A DNA stretch of 64,000 nt from Dehalococcoidia bacterium (GCA_034428795.1 DAOUHF010000131.1:24382-88381); one strand, 5' to 3'. Positions 1 to 16,045 are shown, numbered from the stretch's first letter. Notes: generated by a model not told the origin, from the letters alone. Translations and numbers: made by a program.

Positions 1-439
1 TTTCAGGGTCGCTAAACTCCCGGCGCAACTCCCGGAAGAACTCGTCGTCCACGTTCCGGTGGTCCGTTGCCATACGTTCGGCGAAGCGGATGGCCAGCTT
101 TTCCCGGTAAGGCAGGCCGGTGTCTTCGAAATGGGGCAGGGACGCCACCATTTCCTCGGTCATTCCCTGCTGCACCGCCGGCGCAGCGCGTCCCAGCTTT
201 CAAGTGGCGCACTCGTTCAGCTCGGCTATCTTGAGACGGACCAACTCCTTCAGCCGCGCCGGGAGCAGACCTCCCAATTTCAGCGGCCCGTAGAACGCCC
301 AGAACGCTTCGTATACCTCGGGCAGGTTCCCTGCGGCCTGGAAGATGCGCGGGTTGAGCTTGTGGGCCGCGGCTTCATCGGCAATCTTCCGCAACCCCGG
401 GGTAAGCTGCTCCCTTGGCACCAGCTTGATTCGCGCCAT
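1..439 (-). CDS. Carboxymuconolactone decarboxylase / AhpD-like family protein, candidate selenoprotein (in-frame TGA at 200-202). The C-terminus runs off the left window edge.
   Basis: Track ORF 200..439 ends ...LKIAELNECAT at TGA. The same frame stays open to nt 1 and reads KLGRAAPAVQQGMTEEMVASLPHFEDTGLPYREKLAIRFAERMATDHRNVDDEFFRELRREFSDPE, a typical CMD-family second half. The TGA occupies the second Cys of the CxxC motif (C-A-T-TGA). Confidence 0.7.
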
Positions 440-480
440 GTCATTTCCTTTTTAGCGTAGATAACACAGAGAACAAGCCA

Positions 481-790
481 GGGAACATCTGAACAAGTCC
501 TTCCCCCCGATGGGGGAAGGTTAGGATGGGGGCGCCGGCCCTCACAAGTCCCTCCCCCCCGATGGGGGAAGGTTAGGATGGGGGCGCCGGCCCTCACAAG
601 TCCCTTCCCTCCGATGGGGCAAGGTTAGGATGGGGGTGCCGCGCTCACAAGTCCCTTCCCCCCGATGGAGGAAGGTTAGGATGGGGGCGTCGGCGCTCAT
701 TTGATAGCTAATACCGTTAAGCTCTCCTCCGAGATTTCGGCTTTCGCCTCAGTGACCATAACTTGGACCATAACTTGTTCAGAGGTTCCC
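481..790. mobile_element. MITE-like composite repeat (family 1) with terminal inverted repeats and four internal ~52-bp hairpin units
   Basis: Left end GGGAACATCTGAACAAGT (481-498) is the inverted copy of the right end ACTTGTTCAGAGGTTCCC (773-790). The interior has 4 tandem units (about 489-697), each with CCTTCCCCC..GGGGGAAGG plus TTAGGATGGGGG, followed by a unique tail. There is no ORF of its own. Related copies are at 19105, 35772, 42187 and 46004. Confidence 0.6.
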
Positions 791-2214
791 TAGCAGGCGG
801 GGCGGTTGGCGACGGCGGGGTCTATTTTGCGGCGCAGGAACTGTCCGCCGCCGGGGGCCGCGCTGAAGTCGCCAGCCTCCACCACCACCTTGCCGCGCAG
901 TATGGTCGTGACCGGCCACCCTTCAATGTCGAACCCGTCCCAGATGCTGTAGTCGGAGATGTGGAAATCATCCGACGTCAGCTTCCGCTTGATGCCGGGG
1001 TCTATGAGGCAGATATCGGCGTCGCTGCCCGGCGCCAGGACGCCCTTCCTGGGATAGAGCCCCATGATCTTGGCGGCGTTGGCGGAGGTGACGTCGACGA
1101 ACCGTTGGAGACTCATCCCCTGCTTGGACACTGCCTCGCTGTAGGTGATGCCCATGCGAGCTTCGGCCCCGTTGTGGCCGCCGGTGACGTCAGAGATAGT
1201 CCGGCCGGAAATCTTGGTCTCCCAAGAGGTGCAGTACTCGTCGGTGGCCATGGTCTGCAGGCCTCCGTTGACGATGCCGTCCCACAGGGACAACCGGTCC
1301 TTTTCCGATTTGAGCGACGGGTAGGTGTGGTATTTCATCCCGTTTTCTTCTTTGTAGTCCTCTTCGTTGAAGCAGCAATAGTTGTGCAGGGTCTCGCCGT
1401 AGACCGGCCGGCCGTTGGCCCGGGCTTCGGCGATGGCATTCACTCCGTGCAGCGCGCTGACGTGGACGAAGTAGACCGGGGCGCCGGTCCATTCGGCTAC
1501 CCGTAGGACACGCCGGAAGGACACGTCCTCGGACTCGGCGCTGTGGACCAGGGACATGTTGGTCCACTCGGTCCGTTCCTCGCTGGTGAGCTTCCGGTAC
1601 ATGTGTTGGACCATGTCGTCGTCCTCGGCGTGGACCAGGAGCATAGCGTTCAAGCGTTGGATCTCCTCCATCAGGTCGTGGAGATGACCGGTGCCCACCA
1701 TCCTGGGCTCGCCGGTGGTGGCGGGGGGCCGGATGTTGGTGGTGAAAATCTTTACGGAGGGGAAACCGTCTTCCACCGCCTCATGAAGGGAACCGATGAC
1801 TTCCCGCGGTATGGCGCCGAGCATCATCAGGTGATGGGAGTAGTCGGCGTAGGAGTTGCCCTGCCAGACAGCGGTGCGCTCCTGCACCGCCTGGGGTATG
1901 TCGATCCCAGGGTACTGGATGGCGAAGTCCAGAATAGTCGTGGTGCCGCCGAACAGGGCGGCCCGGCTCACCTGTTCCGGAGGGGCGGTCTTGAGGTCGC
2001 CGTGCCCCATAATCGGCGCGGAGATATGGGCGTGGGGCTCGATGCCGCCCGGGACCACTATCTTGCCCGTGGCGTCGACAATACGGCCCGCCTCATCGCC
2101 CAAGGCGCCGGGGGCGGCCACCGCCGCGATCCTTTCTCCTTGGACGGCAACGTCCCACTCACCTACGCCCATGGGTGTGACAACCTGTCCGCCGCGGATA
2201 ATTAAGTCCAGCAT
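790..2214 (-). CDS. Dihydropyrimidinase / D-hydantoinase (cyclic amidohydrolase)
   Basis: MLDLIIRGGQVVTPMG...GGIEPHAHISAP... shows the metal-binding HxH pattern and the family length. Start chosen at ATG 2214, preceded by GGAGG, rather than the track start at 2235. Confidence 0.8.
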   Translation of the reverse strand: MLDLIIRGGQVVTPMGVGEWDVAVQGERIAAVAAPGALGDEAGRIVDATGKIVVPGGIEPHAHISAPIMGHGDLKTAPPEQVSRAALFGGTTTILDFAIQYPGIDIPQAVQERTAVWQGNSYADYSHHLMMLGAIPREVIGSLHEAVEDGFPSVKIFTTNIRPPATTGEPRMVGTGHLHDLMEEIQRLNAMLLVHAEDDDMVQHMYRKLTSEERTEWTNMSLVHSAESEDVSFRRVLRVAEWTGAPVYFVHVSALHGVNAIAEARANGRPVYGETLHNYCCFNEEDYKEENGMKYHTYPSLKSEKDRLSLWDGIVNGGLQTMATDEYCTSWETKISGRTISDVTGGHNGAEARMGITYSEAVSKQGMSLQRFVDVTSANAAKIMGLYPRKGVLAPGSDADICLIDPGIKRKLTSDDFHISDYSIWDGFDIEGWPVTTILRGKVVVEAGDFSAAPGGGQFLRRKIDPAVANRPAC

Positions 2215-2349
2215 ATAAGGACCTCCAGACAACAAGATTAACCGGCGACCTGCCTTTGGAATCGATACCGGAGTTTAGCATATGGGCTGGTGATAGGCAC
2301 CGGCGCGGCGAATCAATCGGCGGCGCCGGGGCCAGCGGCCGGGCTGGGC

Positions 2350-3693
2350 TTAGGTGGGCAGGCCCTTCTCCCAGTCGGGAAGCAGTTCGTGCTTGGTGGA
2401 CGGCAACGCGATTATCGAAACGACGCCGATCAGGCTGAGGATCAAAGACAGGGCCATGGTGGCGTCGAAGTTGCCGGTCAAGTCCCTGAGTTGCCCGCCG
2501 ACCAGCGCCCCGGCTGCCATGCCGAAACCGGCGCCCATCATCTGCCAGCCGTAGGTGGTCCCGATAGGCGCGCCGCCGTAGTACTGGCGGTTGATGATTG
2601 GGAATGCGCTCATCTCGCCGCCGAACCCGATGCCGAAAAGGACGGCAAACAGGTAGAAGTGCCAAGGGTCGTGGGCAACGAACAAAAGGACGATGGGGAC
2701 GGTCTGCAGGAAAAAGCACACTCCCATAGCCCCCTTGCTGCCCATCCGGTCGGATGCCACGGGAACCACGAACCGGGTTATGGTGCTCACCACGGAGAGG
2801 GTAACAAAGGCCCCGGCAGCCAGGCCCTTGGATACTCCCTCGGTCTCTGCGATTGCCACCAGGTAGACCAAGACGATGGCGTGGCCGGCGCAACCCCAGA
2901 AATGAATGCCGATGAGGTTCCAGAAAGCACCGGTGCGCTGGGCCTGCTTGAGGAACACCCTGGTCCGGACCTTGGCGATCTCGCCCTTCTGCATCTCCCT
3001 TATGGGCTCGTCTCCAGACGCTCCCAAGGGGCGGAGACCGACTTGGGCGGGCTCGTTGTAGAAGAACCGCACCAAGAGCAAGAGGATAACTCCGCCGAAG
3101 ATGCCCGGCACCCAGAAGGCCGCCCGCACTCCTTCGATGCCGCCGCCGAACAGATCGATGATCCACAACATGACGGGCACTGCCACCAATGGCCCGACGC
3201 CCTGCGCCGATTGCAGCAGGCCCATTCCGGTACCCAGATGCCTGCGGAACCAGAGGGTTACCGCCGCCGTCAACGGCACCTGGAACAGGCCCATGGAAGC
3301 GCTTAAGATGACGCCGAAGAACAGGTAGAACTGCCACAAGCTGTTCATCATGCCGGTGAGCACCATGCCCACCACGAACAGGACCGCGCCCAGCGTCATC
3401 GCCGTGCGGACGCCGTGCCGGTCGCCCAGCCAGCCGGCCGACGGGCCCAGCAGTCCGGAAACGATCCACTGAAGGGCGAATCCGAAGCCGACTGCCCCGT
3501 AGCTCCAACCAAAGGAATCGACCAAACGGGGAATCAGGATACTGGAGGAAGACCGGAAAGAGGAACTGGCCAACCGCATCACGGCGGCAACGGCCACGAT
3601 CACCCAAGCGTAGTGGAACTCGCGGCCGCCTACAATTACGTTGTCGGGCTTCAGGGAAAAGGCCTTGGAAAAGACTGACATCAGCCTTGACAA
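2350..3693 (-). CDS. MFS transporter
   Basis: 447-aa polytopic hydrophobic protein with a two-halves MFS-like layout and a GDRHG-type loop motif (WLGDRHGVRTA). Confidence 0.7.
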   Translation of the reverse strand: MSRLMSVFSKAFSLKPDNVIVGGREFHYAWVIVAVAAVMRLASSSFRSSSSILIPRLVDSFGWSYGAVGFGFALQWIVSGLLGPSAGWLGDRHGVRTAMTLGAVLFVVGMVLTGMMNSLWQFYLFFGVILSASMGLFQVPLTAAVTLWFRRHLGTGMGLLQSAQGVGPLVAVPVMLWIIDLFGGGIEGVRAAFWVPGIFGGVILLLLVRFFYNEPAQVGLRPLGASGDEPIREMQKGEIAKVRTRVFLKQAQRTGAFWNLIGIHFWGCAGHAIVLVYLVAIAETEGVSKGLAAGAFVTLSVVSTITRFVVPVASDRMGSKGAMGVCFFLQTVPIVLLFVAHDPWHFYLFAVLFGIGFGGEMSAFPIINRQYYGGAPIGTTYGWQMMGAGFGMAAGALVGGQLRDLTGNFDATMALSLILSLIGVVSIIALPSTKHELLPDWEKGLPT

Positions 3694-3714
3694 CGTCGAA
3701 GATTCATATACACT
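3687..3714 (+). promoter_or_regulatory. Candidate sigma70-type promoter for rpoBC
   Basis: TTGACA (3687-3692), a 16-nt spacer, then TACACT (3709-3714). AAGGAG lies upstream of the rpoB ATG at 3862. Confidence 0.35.
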
Positions 3715-3861
3715 AGAGGTTTACCGGCGTATGTCTCAGAAGACGACTTCACCACCGCCGACCGCCAGAATTCACCCCCGGAATACTTTTTCGACCACTT
3801 GCGCCTTCCGGATTGCGGCCATTTGGCTTGCCGTACCCACCCACGTTAAGGAGAAGGGTTA

Positions 3862-6800
3862 ATGGCTTCGTCTCTTGCTCATATTGGGCGTTCTACGCAG
3901 TTGCCTGATGTCAGGTCTTACTCACGTATCCCACAGGTGCTCGACGTCCCGAACCTCATCCAGAGCCAGATCCAGTCCTACGACTGGTTGAAGAACGACG
4001 GGCTCGCGGAAGTATATCAGGAAATATCGCCCATAGCGGATTACACCGGTAAGAAATACGACCTCCACTTCCAGGGACACTACTTCCGGGACCCCAAGTA
4101 TTCGCCCCAGGATAGCAAGGAGCGCGAAATCACTTTCGCCCAGCCTCTCTACGTCAAGACCCGACTGGTAATGAAAGAGACAGGCGAAATCAAAGAGCAA
4201 GAAATATTCATGGGAGATATTCCCATGATGACCCACAACGGCACGTTCATTATTAATGGCGCCGAACGGGTGGTTGTGAGCCAACTGGTGCGCTCGCCGG
4301 GTATCTATTTCGTCTACGAGCGGAACACGGCCAGCAACCGGAACCTGTGCTTCGCCAAGCTGATCCCCTCGCGGGGGGCCTGGCTGGAGTTCGAGACCAG
4401 CAGCAAGGACGTGCTCTCGGTTAAGGTCGACCGCAAGCGCAAGGTCTCGGCCAGCACCTTCCTGCGGGCGTTGGGCGTGGCCGACGATGAAGTCATGCTC
4501 TCCATGTTCAGCGACATCGACACCGACGAAAATCACAAGTACATGCAGTCGACCCTGGAACGCGACTCGGTCATCGAAACCAAAGAGATCTCCTTCAAAG
4601 AGGACGACCTCAAGTCCCTCTGGGAATGGCTGCACCCCGACGATGAGTACAACGGCGAGGCGGCCCGCCGGATTGCCGCCGCCCAGGTGGAGTTCTACCG
4701 GCGGCTGCGTCCCGGTGAACCTCCCAGCCTGGAGAACTCGCGCACCCTGATCCGAAACCTGTTCTTCAGCGCCCGCCGTTACGATCTGGGCCGCGTGGGC
4801 CGGTACAAGCTGAACCGCCGGCTGGGGATGCCCGCAAATGCCGAACTGATGACCCTGACCCTGGAAGACGTGGTACAGGTGATCCGCACTATGATCCGCA
4901 TCAACCAGGGAGACGGCCGCCCTGATGACATCGACCATTTGGGCAACCGGCGGGTCCGGGCCGTAGGAGAGTTGGTGCAGAACCAGGTCCGGGTCGGCTT
5001 GCTCCGCATGGAGCGAATGGTCAAAGAAAAGATGACGCTGGTTGACCCGGAAACCGCGGCTCCCCAGGGGCTGGTCAACATCCGCCCGGTGGTCGCCGCG
5101 GTACGCGAGTTCTTCGGCGGCTCTCAGCTTTCCCAATTCATGGACCAGACCAATCCGCTGGCGGAGTTGACCCACAAGCGGCGCCTTTCCGCACTGGGCC
5201 CCGGCGGCCTTTCCCGCGAACGGGCCGGGTTCGACGTCCGGGACGTTCACTTTTCCCACTACGGCCGTATCTGCCCCATAGAAACCCCGGAAGGGCCCAA
5301 CATCGGACTGCTCAGCACCCTGGCCTCCTACGCCAGGGTGAACCCGTACGGGTTCATCGAATCGCCCTACCGGCGGGTATTGCACGAGTTGCCCAAGGAC
5401 TCCCCTGACCTCAAGGGGCGCACCGTCACCGAGGCGGTGATGGACACCGCCGGCGGGACCATCGTGGGCCGTGGACGCGCCATTGGCGCCAACAAGATCA
5501 ACGCCATCGGGCGGCTGCCCGACGGCGCCATGATCAAGGTCCAACCATTCGTAGCCTCCGGCGCCTATGACGTAATCTATCTTTCGGCCGACCAGGAAGA
5601 GGACTTCAGAATAGCCCAAGCCAACGCCAAGCTCGACGACCTCAACCAGTTCATGGAAGAAAAAGTTGAGATCCGGGCTGGTGACCATTACACCCAGGAG
5701 CCGCCGAACCTCATCGAGTTCATGGACGTTTCGCCGATGCAGATCATGAGCGTGTCGGCGGCGTTGATACCGTTCCTGGAGCACGACGACGCCAACCGGG
5801 CCTTGATGGGTTCCAACATGCAGCGCCAGGCCGTCCCGTTGCTACGGCCCCAGGCGCCCACCGTGGGCACCGGGATCGAGGGCCGGGTGGCCCGCGACAG
5901 CGGCCAATTGGTGACCGCCAGCGCCGCCGGGGTGGTCACCTCGGTGAACGGCCGGGACATCACTATCACCGACGAGGAGGGCGTGGGCCACCCCCACCCG
6001 CTCATCAAGTTCTCCCGGACCAATCAAGGCACCTGCTTCGACCAACGCCCCATCGCCACCAAGGGCGACGTGGTGGAGGTGGGTACGGTGCTGGCCGACA
6101 GTTCCTCCACCAACAACGGCGAACTGGCCTTGGGCCAGAACGTGTTGGTGGCCTTCATGTCGTGGGAAGGCTACAACTACGAAGACGCCATCATCGTCAG
6201 CGAACGCCTTTACCGGGACGACTACTTCACCTCCATCCACATTGAAAAGCACGAGATGGAGGCCCGGGAGACCAAGCTGGGACCCGAGGAGATCACCCGG
6301 GACATCCCCAACGTGGGCGAAATCAGCCTCCGGGACCTGGACGAGCGGGGGATCATCCGCGTCGGCGCCGACGTTGGACCCGGAGACATCCTGGTAGGCA
6401 AGGTCACCCCCAAGGGCGAGACCGAGTTGACCGCCGAGGAGAAGCTGCTGCGGGCCATCTTCGGCGAGAAGTCCCGCGACGTTAAGGACACCTCCCTTCG
6501 CGTTCCTCACGGCGAGCGGGGCAAAGTCATCGACGTGAAGGTCCTGAACCGGGAGAACCGGGACGACCTCTCCCCCGGCGTCAACGAAGCCGTCCGTGTC
6601 TGGATCGCGCAGACCCGGAAGATATCGGTGGGCGACAAGATGGCCGGCCGCCACGGCAACAAGGGCGTGGTGGCGCGGATACTGCCGGAAGAGGATATGC
6701 CCTATCTGGCCGACGGCACGCCCGTAGACATCATTCTCAACCCCATCGGCGTGCCCTCCCGCATGAACTTGGGGCAGGTCCTGGAAACCCACTTGGGGTG

Positions 6801-7637
6801 GGCCGCCCGCGGCTTGAATTTCCGGGCCAACACCCCGGTGTTCGACGGCGCTCGGGACGCGGCCGTGGAAGACGCCCTGGCCAGGGTGTGGTTCGCCGAG
6901 AAGGCCGGGGCTTCCAGTGTCACCAACGGCGAAGGCCCGCCCAACGTCGACTATTCAAGGGTCGACGAGTGGCTCACCGAACGTGGATACAACCCGGTGG
7001 ACGTCTTCGACCAAGACAAGATTGGACTGGCCCAGGAAGCCTGTCTCCGAATGTGGCTCACCGAGGAGGCCGGACAGGATACGGCCGGTATGGACCTGGA
7101 ACAGCTTTACAAGCTGGCCCTCGTGGTGCACCGGGAGCAGCGGATCGCTCCGCCGACCTTCGGCAAGTTCGAGCTTTACGACGGAAGGAGCGGTGAAACC
7201 TTCGACCAACTGGTGACCGTCGGCAGCATCTACATTCTCAAGCTCATCCACTTGGTGGAGGACAAGATTCACGCCCGTTCCACCGGACCGTACTCGATGA
7301 TCACCCAGCAGCCCCTGGGCGGAAAAGCCCAGTTCGGCGGCCAACGGTTCGGCGAGATGGAAGTCTGGGCCCTGGAAGCGTACAGCGCGGCCTACAATCT
7401 GCAGGAGGTGCTTACCGTCAAGTCCGATGACGTGGCCGGCCGGGTGAAGACCTACGAAGCCATTGTCAAGGGCGAGCCCATTGGCCAGCCCGGCGTGCCC
7501 GAATCATTCAATGTTTTGTTGAAGGAGTTGCAGAGCCTTGGCTTGGCCGTTCAGTTGCTCAACGAGGAGAACCGGCCGCCCTTGACCCAGGGAATCTCTG
7601 GGGATACCGAGCTATTTCAGCCGCTGGAGGCGATTTA

Positions 7638-7638
<1 letters not shown>
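3862..7638 (+). CDS. rpoB: DNA-directed RNA polymerase subunit beta
   Basis: 1258 aa with canonical blocks ([48 protein letters not shown]). Confidence 0.98.
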
Positions 7639-12003
<4,365 letters not shown>

Positions 12004-12026
<23 letters not shown>

Positions 12027-13032
12027 GGCCGCCACCTCGGACAGAGTAATCGACGGGCCAGGTCTAGACCTCTCGGTTGACCTGGCCCCCGGCAATCCCC
12101 GCCATCTCCGGCTGAAAAACCCGGTGATGATCGCATCGGGCACCTTTGGCTACGACGGGTACGGCCGTGGCATGACTGCCGCCATGGATCTCGCCGCCCT
12201 CGGCGCCGTCATACCCAAGACGGTTACCCGTAACCCCCGCGAGGGAAACCCGGAGCCCAGATGGTACCCGGAGTCGTACCGGAAGGCTTGGGGAGACGGG
12301 GACCGGCTGTTCTTGAATTCCATCGGGTTGACGAACCCCGGCATTGACGCGGCCATGAGCGACCTGGCCCCAGAATGGGCCGGATGGAATGCCACCGTGT
12401 TGCTCAGCTTCGCGGCCGACAGCGTGGGCCAGTTCGCCGAAATGGCCGGTATCGCCCAAGGAGTGCCCGGCTTCCAGGCCATAGAGTTGAACCTGAGCTG
12501 CCCCAATGTGGATGACGGCGCGTTGTTCAGCCACAGCGCCGCCTTGACCCACGACGCGGTGGCGGCCGTCAAGGCAAACACCGACCTGCCGGTCTTGGCC
12601 AAGCTGGCCCCCAACGTGCCGGACATCACCCGGATCGCGAAGGCGGCCGTCGCCGGCGGCGCCGATGCCCTGACCATTTGCAACACGATTCCCGCCATGC
12701 GCATCGACACTTCGACACGCCGGATGGTGCTGGGCAACGTCACCGGCGGGCTTTCCGGAGAGGGCTTGCGGCCCATCTCCCTGGCCCTGGTGTACCAGAC
12801 CTCCCGAACGGTGGATGTGCCAGTCATTGGCGTCGGCGGGATCTTCCACGCGGAACACGCCTTGGAATACCTCTTGGCGGGCGCCTCCGCCGTGCAGGTC
12901 GGCAGCGCCAACCTTGTCGGCTTGGACGCCCCCTGGCGCATTCTGGAAGAGTTAAGGGGACTGCTGGTAGAATCAGATGTAACCAGCTTGGGCCAACTGC
13001 GGTGCGCGGTCGGTCCGGCGTTGGCCGGTTAG
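12004..13032 (+). CDS. pyrD: Dihydroorotate dehydrogenase (class 1 catalytic subunit). The start is uncertain.
   Basis: [48 protein letters not shown]. There is no ATG after the rpoC stop that keeps the conserved N-terminus. GTG 12004 has GGAGG about 12 nt upstream and overlaps the rpoC end. Confidence 0.8.
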
Positions 13033-13046
13033 AGGGAAATTAAGCC

Positions 13047-13412
13047 ATGGAAGTCCAGGACCACATCGCAACCGCGAACGAGTTTCTGGAAGCGGCTGAC
13101 CGCGAGTTTGCCGCCGGGGACCAGTTGCAAGGCTCGGAAAAGCTCTGGGGCGCGGCGGCCCACGCACTGCTGTCAGTGGCTATGGAGAGGGGCTGGCCCG
13201 GCCACAACCACCAAGCGATGAGAACAGCGGTGCAAAGGCTCGTCGATGAATATAACGACCCTGGCATCCTCGCCGGTTTCCTGTCGGCGGAGAAATTTCA
13301 CCGCAACTTTTACCACTATTTCATGGAAGAGTTTGAATACCCGGTAGACCGCCAGGTCGTGCGCGACTTCGTGGCCCGGCTCAATAGTATCCGTAACACC
13401 CCACAAGCCTAG
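13047..13412 (+). CDS. PaREP1-like small helical protein, recalled family pattern
   Basis: 121 aa. ANEFLEAADREFAAGDQLQGSEKLWGAAAHALLSVAMERGW matches my memory of the PaREP1 pattern (A.EFL..A......GD..QASEK.WGA...A). Not verified. Confidence 0.4.
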   Translation: MEVQDHIATANEFLEAADREFAAGDQLQGSEKLWGAAAHALLSVAMERGWPGHNHQAMRTAVQRLVDEYNDPGILAGFLSAEKFHRNFYHYFMEEFEYPVDRQVVRDFVARLNSIRNTPQA

Positions 13413-13423
13413 GACAGACACCC

Positions 13424-16045
13424 ATGGTAACTGTTCTTCAAAAACTGTTGGGTGACCCCAACGATAAAGCGCTCAAGAAACTCGCTCCCCTGAAGGAGCG
13501 GGTCAACGCATTGGAGCCCGAATACCAAGGGTTCAGCGACGGCCAACTACGAGACAAGACGGCTGAGTTCCGGTCTCGTCTGGCCGGGGGAGAATCCCTG
13601 GAGGACCTGATCCCCGAAACCTTCGCGGCAGTCCGCGAGGCCGCACGCCGTAACTTGGGCCAGCGCCACTACGACGTCCAGCTAACCGGCGGCATGGTCT
13701 TGCACCAGGGCCAGATCGCGGAGATGAAGACCGGAGAGGGCAAGACACTGGTTTCGACCCTGGCGGTATACGCCAACGCCCTTACGAGTGAAGGCGTCCA
13801 CGTAGTGACGGTCAACGATTACCTGGCCCGGCGGGACCCCATCTGGATGGGACCCATTTATCACGCCCTGGGCCTCGGCGTGGGCTGCTTGCAACACGAC
13901 GCCGCCTTCCTGTTCGACCCCGAAGAGACAGGCGGGGCCGGGTCGGCGCCGTCGTTGAAGTTGGTCTCACGAAAGGACGCCTACGAGGCCGACGTCACCT
14001 ACGGGACCAACAACGAGTTCGGCTTCGACTACCTGAGGGACAATATGTCTCTGGAGGCATCCCACCGGGTGCAGCGGAACCTCAACTTTGCCATCGTCGA
14101 CGAGGTGGACAACATCCTCATCGATGAAGCTAGGACTCCGTTAATCATCAGTGGGCCTGCCGAGGAGCCGGTCCAGCTATACCAGAGTTTCGCCAAACTG
14201 GTGCCCCGCCTGGAAGGCGAAGAAGACTACACTATCGATGACCGCACCAAGGCTATCTCCCTAACCCAGGAAGGTATCTCCAAAATGGAGCGTTGGACCA
14301 ACACCTCCAACCTCTACGAGCCGGAGAATTTTCACCTGGTCCACTACATGGAGAACGCCCTAACCGCCGAGGTGATGAAGCAGCGGGACAAGGAATACGT
14401 GGTGCAAAACGGCGAGGTCGTCATCGTCGACGAGTTCACCGGCCGCCTGCAACCCGGCCGCCGGTGGTCCGACGGCCTGCATCAAGCGGTGGAGGCCAAA
14501 GAGGGCATCAAGATACAGCGGGAAAGCATCACCTACGCCACCATCACCCTGCAGAACTATTTCCGGATGTACCGGAAGCTGGCCGGTATGACCGGTACCG
14601 CTGCCACCGAAGCCGACGAATTCTACAAGATCTATGGGCTCGAAGTCGTCGAAGTCCCCACCAACGTGCCAATGACGCGGGAAGACCACTCCGATCTGGT
14701 GTTCCAAACGGAAGACGGCAAGTGGAACGTGGCCGTGGAAGACATCGCGGAGTTGCACGAACAGCAACGGCCGCTGCTGATTGGCACCACCTCCATCGAG
14801 GCCTCCGAATACCTCAGCGAACGCCTGCGGAAGCAGGGCGTTACCCACCAGGTGCTCAACGCCAAGAATCACGAAAGCGAAGCCCAGGTGGTGGCCCAAG
14901 CCGGCCGGCTCGGCGCGGTTACCGTTTCCACCAACATGGCAGGCCGTGGCACCGACATCGTTCTTGGAGGCGCCGACACCGACCGGTTCAACTGGCAGGC
15001 GGAGCATGATCGAGTTGTGGAGTTGGGGGGCTTGCACGTGCTGGGCACCGAGCACCATGACGCCCGCCGTATCGACAACCAGCTGAGGGGCCGGGCCGGA
15101 CGCCAGGGCGATCCGGGCAGTTCCCAGTTCTACGTGTCCCTGGAAGACGAGCTGATGCAACGCTTCGGCGGCGACCGAATCAAGACCGTGATGGGCTGGA
15201 CCGGCATGGACGAAGAAACGCCGGTGGAAAACAAGCTGGTCACCAAGTCCATCGGCGGCGCTCAGGTCAAAGTGGAGAGCTACCACTTCGACATGCGGAA
15301 GCACCTGCTGGAATACGATGACGTCCTCAACAAGCAGCGCGAGGTGATTTACACCGACCGGCACGAGGTGCTGGCTGAGGGAAGCGTTCGCGACAAGTTC
15401 ACAGGGATGATTCGTCAAGAGTTTCAGCAACTGGTGCGCCAGTACTTGCCGGGCCGCCACGCCGACAACTGGAATGCCGGCGGCTTCGTGGACGAATTGG
15501 GGCAAATCTGCCCGCCTCCGCCGGAGCTGGAACATGAAGACCGGGTTTACGAGTGGGAACCGGACCAGATCAATTCGACACTCTACGAATACGCCGAGTC
15601 GGCCTACGAGGAACGGGAAGCCGTCATCGGTGAAGAGCAGATGCGGCTGCTGGAGCGGCTATTGTTGCTCCGGGCCATCGACACCCACTGGGTGCAACAC
15701 CTGACTGCCATGGAAAACCTGCGCACCGGGATCGGTCTGCATGCCTACGGGCAACGGGACCCCTTGGTGATGTACCGGACCGAAGGCCAGAAGATGTTCC
15801 AGGAACTGCTGGGCCGAATACAGCACGACGTGGTGCATACGGTCTTTCACGTAACGGTGGGCCCCGAAGCAGCGGGCGGCTCCACTGGTCGCAGGCGTTC
15901 CTCCGACAAGTCCAACCCGATGCAGGCGGTCAACGACCCGAACCGTAACAAAGCGGTCCCAGCCAGCGGCAAAGTCGGGCGGAACGCCCCATGTCCTTGT
16001 GGCAGCGGACGAAAGTACAAGCGGTGTTGCGGGGCCGCGGCCTGA
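13424..16045 (+). CDS. secA: Preprotein translocase ATPase SecA
   Basis: 873 aa with [29 protein letters not shown] and the C-terminal zinc motif [14 protein letters not shown]. Confidence 0.97.
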   Translation: MVTVLQKLLGDPNDKALKKLAPLKERVNALEPEYQGFSDGQLRDKTAEFRSRLAGGESLEDLIPETFAAVREAARRNLGQRHYDVQLTGGMVLHQGQIAEMKTGEGKTLVSTLAVYANALTSEGVHVVTVNDYLARRDPIWMGPIYHALGLGVGCLQHDAAFLFDPEETGGAGSAPSLKLVSRKDAYEADVTYGTNNEFGFDYLRDNMSLEASHRVQRNLNFAIVDEVDNILIDEARTPLIISGPAEEPVQLYQSFAKLVPRLEGEEDYTIDDRTKAISLTQEGISKMERWTNTSNLYEPENFHLVHYMENALTAEVMKQRDKEYVVQNGEVVIVDEFTGRLQPGRRWSDGLHQAVEAKEGIKIQRESITYATITLQNYFRMYRKLAGMTGTAATEADEFYKIYGLEVVEVPTNVPMTREDHSDLVFQTEDGKWNVAVEDIAELHEQQRPLLIGTTSIEASEYLSERLRKQGVTHQVLNAKNHESEAQVVAQAGRLGAVTVSTNMAGRGTDIVLGGADTDRFNWQAEHDRVVELGGLHVLGTEHHDARRIDNQLRGRAGRQGDPGSSQFYVSLEDELMQRFGGDRIKTVMGWTGMDEETPVENKLVTKSIGGAQVKVESYHFDMRKHLLEYDDVLNKQREVIYTDRHEVLAEGSVRDKFTGMIRQEFQQLVRQYLPGRHADNWNAGGFVDELGQICPPPPELEHEDRVYEWEPDQINSTLYEYAESAYEEREAVIGEEQMRLLERLLLLRAIDTHWVQHLTAMENLRTGIGLHAYGQRDPLVMYRTEGQKMFQELLGRIQHDVVHTVFHVTVGPEAAGGSTGRRRSSDKSNPMQAVNDPNRNKAVPASGKVGRNAPCPCGSGRKYKRCCGAAA

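Noticed and set aside
280-597. Small ORFs containing …APILTFPHRG(E)GTCS… (280..597, 18852..19163, 35769..36080, 42156..42365)
   Set aside because: The shared peptide is the translation of the family-1 repeat hairpin unit. These ORFs overlap real genes or intergenic repeats.
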